A DNA stretch of 64,000 bases from Candidatus Bathyarchaeota archaeon (GTDB taxonomy: Archaea > Thermoproteota > Bathyarchaeia > Bathyarchaeales > Bathycorpusculaceae), in the NCBI GenBank assembly GCA_963767735.1, contig CAVYES010000003.1, positions 1-64,000 on the forward strand, read 5' to 3'. Under the pieces are notes generated by a model. That model did no database searches. It saw only the letters and a program-made list of their open reading frames with translations, and was not told where the DNA came from. Each line of letters starts with the position of its first letter. The first letter of the stretch is position 1. Shown piece by piece: positions 1 through 7,576 of this stretch. The position numbers and the translations under genes are program-made.

Positions 1-1329
1 TTGACGGATCCCTTTCTTACGCAAGAACATTAAGACAACCACTAATGCAACAATCAAGACTGCAACCACAACACCGATTATAATAGGTAGAGTGTTAGAC
101 GGCTTAGACGAAGCAGACGAAGCAGACGACGCAGGTGAAACCCTTAAAGCATAAACGTTGTCACCGCCGCCCACGTAAAGTACTCCGTTGACAACAACTG
201 GAGAACCAACCGCGCCACTGGTGGTGTAGTTCCAGAGTTTAACGCCGTTAGTTGCGCTTAAAGCATAAATGTTGTCATCTGATGAACCGACGTAAACAAC
301 TCCGCCAACAACAGCGGGAGACGATAGGGTTCCGTTGCCAGCGGTGGCGGTCCAGAGTTGTGCGCCGCTCGTAGAATTCAAGGCGTAAACGTTGCCGTCA
401 TCCGACCCTGCGTAGACTATTCCATTGACAACAGCAGGAGACGAATAAACAGGGCCAGGTCCGCCAACAGGGCCGCCAGTGGTGTAATTCCAGAGTTGAA
501 TTCCGTTTTTGGCGTTTAAAGCGTAAAAGGTACCCTCATAGGTGACGAAGTAGACGACTCCGCCGACAACAACAGGAGACGCTCCAACCGAGTAGCCTGT
601 ACTGTAATTCCAGAGTTGTCCGCCGTTCTTAGCGTTCAAAGCATAAACGCCATTATTAGGATTAAGAGTGTACTCCTCTGTGCCTACGTAGACTACTCCG
701 CTGACAACCGCAGGAGAAGACCAAAACTCGGAGGGGCCGATGGACTTACTCCAGAGTTCATTGCCTGTTTTAGCGTTTAAGGCAAAAAGAAAACCAGCAA
801 GAGCTGTCGTGCTGGTATAAACGACTTCGCCCACAACAACAGGAGAGTAATCAACCAGGTTATTAGTGAGTGGGCTGTTACTCCAGAGTTGGGCACCGCT
901 AGTAGCATTCAAAGCGTCAACGGAAAAGCCTGTGCCTACGTAGACCACTCCGTTTGCAACGGCAGGAGAACTACCGCTGCTGTTCCACAGTTGAGCGCCG
1001 TTAGTTGCGTTCAAAGCATAAACATTACCATCCCCAGAGCCGACGTAAACGACGTTGCCGACAACAACAGGCGACGAAGAAACCCTGCCGCTAGTAATGT
1101 AGTTCCAAATTAGCGTGGGAGCTGTTGAAGAAGGCACACTAACCAAGGGCACGATTGGAACGGACGGCATTAAGCTTGAGGAAAATACGAATAATGACAC
1201 GGACAAAATAAGGGTCACCGATGCCGCCGCAGCGATAGGCATTGAATAGCGTTTCAATTTTGCAGGCAGACGGTCTGGGGGCTGTGGGCACCAATCCCTA
1301 AAATCTTTAAATCTTTTTCGTAGACCCAT
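1..1329 (-). CDS. PQQ-binding-like beta-propeller repeat membrane protein (stop codon lies beyond the left edge)
   Basis: Not in the ORF track; translated by hand from ATG 1329 (MGLRKRFKDFRDWCPQPP), then a hydrophobic segment, repeated SSPxVxxGVVYVGS..YALNAxxGxQLWN blades, a Ser-rich linker, a TM helix and RKKG. The last codons (positions 1-3) are in the same frame as the ATG. Confidence 0.85.
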   Translation of the reverse strand, partial: MGLRKRFKDFRDWCPQPPDRLPAKLKRYSMPIAAAASVTLILSVSLFVFSSSLMPSVPIVPLVSVPSSTAPTLIWNYITSGRVSSSPVVVGNVVYVGSGDGNVYALNATNGAQLWNSSGSSPAVANGVVYVGTGFSVDALNATSGAQLWSNSPLTNNLVDYSPVVVGEVVYTSTTALAGFLFALNAKTGNELWSKSIGPSEFWSSPAVVSGVVYVGTEEYTLNPNNGVYALNAKNGGQLWNYSTGYSVGASPVVVGGVVYFVTYEGTFYALNAKNGIQLWNYTTGGPVGGPGPVYSSPAVVNGIVYAGSDDGNVYALNSTSGAQLWTATAGNGTLSSPAVVGGVVYVGSSDDNIYALSATNGVKLWNYTTSGAVGSPVVVNGVLYVGGGDNVYALRVSPASSASSASSKPSNTLPIIIGVVVAVLIVALVVVLMFLRKKGIRQ

Positions 1330-1331
1330 TT

Positions 1332-1793
1332 TTATTCACCTGTTATTTTTGCGAATAGGGCTTCTGCTAGTTTGGATGGCAAAATCTTGCTCGTATCATC
1401 CAACAGTAGGAAGTTGCGGTCTTTAGCTTCGGCAAGTAAGGCCGTCCTGCATGTTTCGAGTTTATTGCATTTTTCGCAGTCGCCTTCGTGTTTGTACCAG
1501 AGTTGGATGCCGTTTTTGGCTGAGAAGGTGACGAAGGCTTGGGTTTTGAAGTGGTTGCTGTATCCTTTGAGGAATCCTCTGTTTGGATCCATGGTTTCTA
1601 CATCAATTTTGTTTATCTTCGCTACTTCTGTCAAGGCTTCGCCGATTTTGAGGTTAGCGATGTCGAGGACGCTGTGAATTGTTTGGCGTTTAAGGTTGAG
1701 TTCCCTTGCGATGCTGGCTTCTTGTTTGCCTCTGCTTTTTAGGTCCCAGATCATTTTTTGTTTAGTAGTCAAATATCCAAAGCTTAACGTCAT
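1332..1793 (-). CDS. HTH DNA-binding protein with C-terminal CxxCxxxxxC cluster
   Basis: LTTKQKMIW...EASIARELNLKRQTIH HTH-like N-terminus; CEKCNKLETC; stop 2 nt before the propeller start. Confidence 0.7.
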   Translation of the reverse strand: MTLSFGYLTTKQKMIWDLKSRGKQEASIARELNLKRQTIHSVLDIANLKIGEALTEVAKINKIDVETMDPNRGFLKGYSNHFKTQAFVTFSAKNGIQLWYKHEGDCEKCNKLETCRTALLAEAKDRNFLLLDDTSKILPSKLAEALFAKITGE

Positions 1794-1914
1794 TTTTCCA
1801 CCAAGTAAGACTTAAGCATCTTACACAGTAAGATTTTACAATTGACCCATTTAAAACTTTCTCAAAACATAACTCTGAATCAAAATATTTTTTTAGCAGA
1901 AACATCACAAATCT

Positions 1915-2397
1915 TCACATATTTGTCGAAGCAACATTACCAGGTATTTCGTCTTTTGTTTTGCTCCAAGCTTCGACTGAAAAACTCGTTAGTGCCCAGT
2001 GCCAGCCTCTCTGCTCTGCAACTTGTTCCCCAAATTCCTTCTCTAGGCGTTTGTTCATTCGCAGGATCCTGCGACTAACTTGGTGACGCGTAACCTTGAA
2101 CTTTTCAAGTTTAAAGGCTAAATCTTTCGGTAGTAATCCGAGAGGGCCTGACTCAAAGAGCAATCGTAAAATTTCACGGTCAATCTCATCCTCGCAAGAT
2201 ATTTGCTCGATAATTGACTGCTCAAAATTGAACGACCCCTTTAGGCCTGCAAAGATTGTGCGTAGCATAAGCTTAACTTCTTCAACCGCTGCCAAAGTTT
2301 TCTTGAGGAGCTGCTGGTTATACTTTAAACGACCTATTTTGTCGCTTTGGCTGCGCTTCTTTTTGTTGTTTTGAACAGGTTTTTCAGCGGTTTCCAT
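1915..2397 (-). CDS. Hypothetical winged-helix-like protein
   Basis: Track ORF 1915..2514; ATG 2397 (METAEK) is the likelier start. DEIDREILRLL...LLPKDLA..VTRHQVSRRI resembles a wHTH. Confidence 0.6.
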   Translation of the reverse strand: METAEKPVQNNKKKRSQSDKIGRLKYNQQLLKKTLAAVEEVKLMLRTIFAGLKGSFNFEQSIIEQISCEDEIDREILRLLFESGPLGLLPKDLAFKLEKFKVTRHQVSRRILRMNKRLEKEFGEQVAEQRGWHWALTSFSVEAWSKTKDEIPGNVASTNM

Positions 2398-2398
2398 A

Positions 2399-2587
2399 TC
2401 AGAATGCACACTCCAAGAATTCTTCAACATCAACACAAGGCAAAATTGACAGCGGGTAATCAGGACCAACCAGTGACAGAAAAGTGAGTTGTGAAAAGCA
2501 TGGACTTTTCCCATGCCTTAAGTCCTGTACTGAAATGCCTTTTGAACTGGTTTTCACTGCCATTAGCGTGGAAATAACCGACGTCAA
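2399..2587 (-). CDS. Small hypothetical protein
   Basis: Start overlaps the upstream stop (TTGA) and the stop lies 1 nt before the next ATG. Confidence 0.35.
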   Translation of the reverse strand: MTSVISTLMAVKTSSKGISVQDLRHGKSPCFSQLTFLSLVGPDYPLSILPCVDVEEFLECAF

Positions 2588-3534
2588 ACAGTGTACTCTC
2601 CAAGTTTTCTTTGTCCTTCAGCCAGGCTTTTGGGGTCAGTTTCAAGATTGTCTACTTGGCCTAGGGCTTCGATTAGCCGCTCAAATTTAATCTCAAGCCG
2701 GTCCACTTTCTTGTTGATGCTCTTGACTTTTTCTGGCATCTGCATGTAATCAATCGCGGCGTCTTTGCCGATGTTCTCAAGTTCGCCCTCGCCCCAACTG
2801 TGATCAATCTTGCGACGTCCTGCTCTTACGCTAAAGTATCTGCCGAACAGTTTTGCAACAGGGTCCTCAACAGCCATTTCGCCGCCACAAAACGCACCCT
2901 CAGCTAAGACGACCCCGTATTTCTTCGCCAAAGCCACCGCAATTCGATTACTCAGGTTCATGGCTAAACCGTAAACTTCTGCAGGATTCTTACCTCGAAT
3001 CACCGGTACGTGAACAATCCAGCTTTTTGAAGTATGCCTAACCTTAACGCCCTGTTCCAAGCCCAAAAGAGCGGTCCAATTCTGCATCTCCACGGCTTTA
3101 AACTTCCCATCAGGATAACGTCCATCTGCCAGAATCTTAAACGCCACCTGGCACTTGTCTAATCTGTGCAGCTCGCCGGGAAAAACTCTGCCCTCACATG
3201 ATTTGAGAAGATTTGAGCCTTCAGTTGTAAGGGCATAAAAAGTTGCACTGCTGCGCTTCTCCTGGTAGATTAGGCCCGCTTTTGTTAGCTTGCCAATATA
3301 GTACCATACGTGGGAACGGCTTAAACCCAAGATTTTGCCAGCTTGCGTGGGGTAATCGCCTGCGTAAATGCGCTTCATCAGAGGAATAACCCATGTGCGG
3401 ACTTTATCGCTATCAAACTGCACGCAACCTGTTGCTTGATGTCTAGTTGTACTTTGAGCATTTTCAGCACCGACTTTTGTACTTTGATCTTCAACCAAAA
3501 AATCAAGCCTCCGCCACGTTGGATAAGGCATCAT
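2584..3534 (-). CDS. wHTH-domain protein with uncharacterised C-terminal domain (mobile-element-like)
   Basis: YPTQAGKILGLSRSHVWYYIGKLTKAGLI..YALT wHTH; C-terminal IDHSWGEGELE motif and a coiled coil. Confidence 0.7.
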   Translation of the reverse strand: MMPYPTWRRLDFLVEDQSTKVGAENAQSTTRHQATGCVQFDSDKVRTWVIPLMKRIYAGDYPTQAGKILGLSRSHVWYYIGKLTKAGLIYQEKRSSATFYALTTEGSNLLKSCEGRVFPGELHRLDKCQVAFKILADGRYPDGKFKAVEMQNWTALLGLEQGVKVRHTSKSWIVHVPVIRGKNPAEVYGLAMNLSNRIAVALAKKYGVVLAEGAFCGGEMAVEDPVAKLFGRYFSVRAGRRKIDHSWGEGELENIGKDAAIDYMQMPEKVKSINKKVDRLEIKFERLIEALGQVDNLETDPKSLAEGQRKLGEYTV

Positions 3535-3748
3535 TTATTTTCGCTTTCATTTCTTCCTCGAAAGCATCAATAGAAAGCGTTAGGTCATCTAACGCACTGC
3601 AAAGTTTCCTATTTTCTTCCCAAAGCAGTCGGTTTTCTTTTTCCAGAACAGCGATTCTTTCTTCATATGTTAGTAGGACGCGCTGAACTTCTTGTAAAAC
3701 ATCAGATTTAATTCGGTCTTTTATTGAACCGTCGCCGTTTTGAATCAT
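3503..3748 (-). CDS. Small coiled-coil hypothetical protein
   Basis: EERIAVLEKENRLLWEENRKL heptads; coupled to neighbouring ORFs. Confidence 0.55.
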   Translation of the reverse strand: MIQNGDGSIKDRIKSDVLQEVQRVLLTYEERIAVLEKENRLLWEENRKLCSALDDLTLSIDAFEEEMKAKINDALSNVAEA

Positions 3749-3750
3749 CG

Positions 3751-4014
3751 TTAGCTGCCTCCAAAACGTCTACGCTCAAGGGCTCCCCGCCCAGGACAAG
3801 AGCCGCCTCCATGCGTACAATGCCGATTAGCAAAACTATACCGCTTACACGAAATATCAGTTCCATCTGCAAACGCCAACTTTGCAAACTTGCAGAAAAA
3901 CAAGTCCTTAGAACAAGTATCCATAACAGCGCAGTCTTTAGATGATGGATTACTTATGCAGGGATAATATCCAAGAAGGCATGGAGGCTTAAACGAATCA
4001 GCGACAAAGCTCAT
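3751..4014 (-). CDS. Small Cys-rich hypothetical protein
   Basis: 87 aa with 8 Cys; tightly coupled to neighbours. Confidence 0.45.
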   Translation of the reverse strand: MSFVADSFKPPCLLGYYPCISNPSSKDCAVMDTCSKDLFFCKFAKLAFADGTDISCKRYSFANRHCTHGGGSCPGRGALERRRFGGS

Positions 4015-4136
4015 TTAGGGCTGCCTCCTCTGGGCTGAAACTTAGAGCAAGCGCTGCTTGAGGCTAGCTGATTAATTGATTTCTTGCCCTTTAGGGTGGG
4101 CTCAGAGCAGCGCCCACACCAAAAAACACAATCCAT
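4011..4136 (-). CDS. Putative 41-aa Cys-rich microprotein
   Basis: MDCVFWCGRCSEPTLKGKKSINQLASSSACSKFQPRGGSPK; its stop overlaps the next start (ATGA). Shorter than any ORF in the track. Confidence 0.35.
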   Translation of the reverse strand: MDCVFWCGRCSEPTLKGKKSINQLASSSACSKFQPRGGSPK

Positions 4137-4251
4137 ACAAAGGAAAACTTTGGGCTCTGAGTCTTTTAGCGCCTAACGTAGGACTTTCTAAATACTCAAA
4201 AAAAGAAGCTAAAAAAGAAAAAAGGCTAGTACTTTTTCGTACATATGTGGG

Positions 4252-4326
4252 CGGGTCCGACGGGAATTGAACCCGCGACCCCCGGATTAAAAGTCCGGTG
4301 CTCTAGCCTGACTGAGCTACGGACCC
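4252..4326 (-). tRNA. tRNA-Lys(UUU)
   Basis: Acceptor stem GGGTCCG/CGGACCC; anticodon arm CCGGA-CTTTTAA-TCCGG; T-loop GTTCAATT; no intron. Confidence 0.95.
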
Positions 4327-4406
4327 CGCTTTAATTTGTTGCGGACTGATAGGAAAACGAGAAGGGGTTTTTTAGCGTTTCTATTAGAAAAGAGGAAAAA
4401 AATAGT

Positions 4407-4778
4407 TTACTGGATTATTGGCGCTTTTAGGATTGTTGTCATGAAGCTTTTGATTTTGTCCTGGGAGTTGAGTATGGTTTCGATGGTTTTTGCGCCTTTT
4501 TCGGTGAGTTTGTAGACTCTTTTTCTTTCAATCCATACTCCTTCTACTAGGCCGTTTCTTTCAAGCGAATACAGTAGAGAGTAAACTGTGCCTGAACTGA
4601 CTAGGAAGCCGAATTTGTTGTGGATGAATGATATCACGTCGTATCCGCTTATGGGTCCGTTTTGTAATTCAGCCATTATTATTGTGTCCATAAAGCTTTT
4701 GATTACTTTTTCATGCATTTTTTTTAGTATTCTTGCTTCTGATTTTTCGCTGTTAACTGTTATTGTTAATGCTACCAT
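4407..4778 (-). CDS. PadR family transcriptional regulator
   Basis: GPISGYDVI..SSGTVYSLLYSLERNGLV..KRVYKLTEKG. Confidence 0.9.
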   Translation of the reverse strand: MVALTITVNSEKSEARILKKMHEKVIKSFMDTIIMAELQNGPISGYDVISFIHNKFGFLVSSGTVYSLLYSLERNGLVEGVWIERKRVYKLTEKGAKTIETILNSQDKIKSFMTTILKAPIIQ

Positions 4779-5156
4779 GTTTTTACACTCTCACTATTGT
4801 TTATTCATGTTTAGATATATAAGACTTATTCGGATTTAGAATAATATATTATAACAAAAACTGAAAAGTATAAACAAATCAATGCTATCGCGCACCTTAC
4901 TGTTATCACAAAACAGTCAATTGCATATTTCATTTATTGTGCCATAGCAGGACAGCGAATACTACCTATTTTAAACAGATATGTCATATCCTCACTGTAA
5001 ATGTTAAAAAATTTTCATTTTTCATATACATAAATGCACATGGGTAGGCAGCAAATTTAACGCAAAATTTCTATTTTCCAGCTTCAATAGCTGATTTTAA
5101 TAGTTAGCGATATATGTGCATGTTAAGAAACGTTATCTCTTCTTTTAGGTTAAACA

Positions 5157-6632
5157 GTGTTCGGTGCCCTAAAATTGATTTCATGGAAATATACATTTAA
5201 ACGATTAAATGAAGAATACGAAATCGCTAACAAAAAGAAGCAAGCGCTAGATAACCTTTTTGAAAATGGCAAAATTTCTCAATCCATCCGTGACTCATTT
5301 ACCAATGACATCAATACGGCAATCGTGCAAATCGAAAAGCAACAGAAAGAACTAATCGAGAGCATGCAAGCAAAAACCCAAGAACTGGAAAACCAAATTA
5401 AAACATTAGAAACACTTCTCGCTAACTATGAAATTCAGCATGTAGCAGGAGAAATCGATGAGCAAATTTACCTGCAAGAAATGAACTTACTTACAACTGG
5501 ACTGGACACAACCAGAAACGAACTGAACGTCATAAAACAATCCACAAACCAACTATGCACACCTCCATCAATCCAAGCGCCACCAGCCCCTGAACCAGTC
5601 GCTCCAATCCTCGAAGCTAAGATTGCAGAACCAGCGCCGATAGAAGCAACCCCCATAGAGGTTCCAGTTGAAGCCGCTCCCGTCGAAACTGTGATGGAAA
5701 CATCGCCAGTAACCCTGGCTCCAGTTGAAACTGCTCCCGCCGAGATTCCAATTGAAACTGCAAAAGCAGAAGCGACTCCCGCGGAAAGCGCTCCAATAGA
5801 AACAGCGCCCGTAGAACCAGCGCCAGTAGAAACTGTTCAAGCTCCAATTGAAACTGCTCCAGTTGAAACAGCGCCAATCGAAGTCGCCAAAGTTGATGCA
5901 GTTCCAGAAGTTGAGAAAGTTGATGAAGCTACTGTTGAAACTACCCCCATTGAAACTCCCACAATAGAGACAATTCCAGTTGAAGCCACTCCAGTCGAGA
6001 CTACTCCAGCTGTTGAAGTACCAGTTGTCGAAGCCGCTCCAATAGAAACTCCAATCATTGAAACAGCTCCAACAGCTCACATCGAGATAGCTCCAGCAGA
6101 AGCTCCAGTCTCTGAAGCCCCAATCGAAGCAGCCCCAATTAAAGAAGAAGCTCCAACAGAAACGGCTCCAATTGCAGCCATAGAACCCGAAGTCCAAGTA
6201 ATAATTGAACCAGTACCTGAAATTGCTCCTCAAGAACCAATAATAACTGAGCCTGCGCCGCAAGAACCAATCATAGACTTGGAAGCCTCCCCAGTAGAAG
6301 AACCAACGCCAGTAGTTGAAGAGCTAGTGATGGAAGCTGAAACAGAAACCGTTACACCAGCCGAAGTAGCCGTTGAGCCAACAGTTGAGCATCCCGACGC
6401 TGAAGTTCCACTACAAGATTTTGAAGTCACAGAACCATCCACTATTGAAACAACCCTTGAAAAAACAATGGAACCAACAATAGAAACCCTTACTGCTCCA
6501 GTCATAGTCGAGGAGACTATAATTCCAGCCCACCCTTTAGAGGCCCCACAGGTGGGGCAGACAGAATCAGAGCAAAGCCACGAAGAAGCCGCAACCACAA
6601 CAGAAGACTCCAATAAAGAACAAAACGAATAA
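5157..6632 (+). CDS. CdvA-like coiled-coil protein with long acidic Pro/Glu/Thr-rich tail
   Basis: N-terminal ~130 aa coiled coil (KKKQALDNL...LLANYEIQHVAGEIDE..Y), followed by ~350 aa of (A/T)P(I/V)E repeats. Start may be TTG 5175. Confidence 0.7.
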   Translation: MFGALKLISWKYTFKRLNEEYEIANKKKQALDNLFENGKISQSIRDSFTNDINTAIVQIEKQQKELIESMQAKTQELENQIKTLETLLANYEIQHVAGEIDEQIYLQEMNLLTTGLDTTRNELNVIKQSTNQLCTPPSIQAPPAPEPVAPILEAKIAEPAPIEATPIEVPVEAAPVETVMETSPVTLAPVETAPAEIPIETAKAEATPAESAPIETAPVEPAPVETVQAPIETAPVETAPIEVAKVDAVPEVEKVDEATVETTPIETPTIETIPVEATPVETTPAVEVPVVEAAPIETPIIETAPTAHIEIAPAEAPVSEAPIEAAPIKEEAPTETAPIAAIEPEVQVIIEPVPEIAPQEPIITEPAPQEPIIDLEASPVEEPTPVVEELVMEAETETVTPAEVAVEPTVEHPDAEVPLQDFEVTEPSTIETTLEKTMEPTIETLTAPVIVEETIIPAHPLEAPQVGQTESEQSHEEAATTTEDSNKEQNE

Positions 6633-6826
6633 ACCAAATTCTTCATTCTTTTCTTTTTATTTTTTGCAAATTTTATTCCATTTTTGTGGCGTTTTTTTGT
6701 CACAAAAATTAGTGTCTGTCTATAGGTGGGCAATTTTGTTTAAGGCTTATTTCGGGTTATTTTTGGCTTTCTATTTTCTGATTTTTGCAAAATGAGGGAA
6801 TCTTTTTGTCATTTAGGGTTGAGTGC

Positions 6827-7576
6827 TTAGGTTTTCAAGAGGTTTTGGAGTAGTTTGATGGCTGCCCATGCTGCCAGTGCGCTGGTGTGGGGATTATCTG
6901 GGTGTGGGTCGTTTGCGAATCGCAGAGTCATTTCGCCGAATCGCCATTTTGCTTGGATTTCGTGGGTGTTGCGTTTGACCGCGGGGTCAGAGATTACTCG
7001 GACTTTGACTTTGGCCGGTTTGACAGTTAGCGCTAAAGTAGCGGCAACGTTCATTTCGCGTGGAAACTTTTTTGAGGCTTCCTCCGCATAGCCCTCATAA
7101 ATTACTTTTTCTTTTTGATTGTCTTGGTTGTCAGCTCCAAACGCTTTGGGGTTTTTGCGTGAAGTCAAAGTGACCTCATCAACACCTGCTAACGCTGCAC
7201 TGGAGAGCGCATCTAAACCACCTATTGCTCCTGAAGAAAAATGTATTTTGCTTGAAGTAATGTCCAAATCAAGCAGTGCGCCTGTGCTCATCACTATGAG
7301 TTCAGCCTCTGAAGCGAGGATTTTTGGCAGGTAATCTTTGACGGCTTGCTGCGACGCGGCTTCAACAATTACCTTAGGCTTTTGGGCAAGCAGTTCATCG
7401 ATGTTTCCAGCAACGTTTACGGGGAAATGAAGCGCTGCTTTGAGTTTTTGCGCCTTTGAGGGCTCAACGTCATAGATAACCAGTTCTTGGCAGACTATAA
7501 GTTTTCGTTCGATAGCTTCTGCTAGTACGGTGCCGATTGCGCCGCAACCTATCAAGCCGACCCTTTTGATGTTCAT
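6827..7576 (-). CDS. nadX: L-aspartate dehydrogenase
   Basis: GLIGCGAIG Rossmann motif, EAASQ, SGAIGGLD, NPHTSALAA. Confidence 0.9.
   Translation of the reverse strand: MNIKRVGLIGCGAIGTVLAEAIERKLIVCQELVIYDVEPSKAQKLKAALHFPVNVAGNIDELLAQKPKVIVEAASQQAVKDYLPKILASEAELIVMSTGALLDLDITSSKIHFSSGAIGGLDALSSAALAGVDEVTLTSRKNPKAFGADNQDNQKEKVIYEGYAEEASKKFPREMNVAATLALTVKPAKVKVRVISDPAVKRNTHEIQAKWRFGEMTLRFANDPHPDNPHTSALAAWAAIKLLQNLLKT

Noticed and set aside
889-1113. Plus-strand 74-aa ORF
   Set aside because: Antisense shadow of the minus-strand propeller gene 1..1329.
5468-6733. Long antisense ORFs (231 aa W/F/C-rich, 167 aa and others)
   Set aside because: Shadow frames of the low-complexity tail of the CdvA-like gene.
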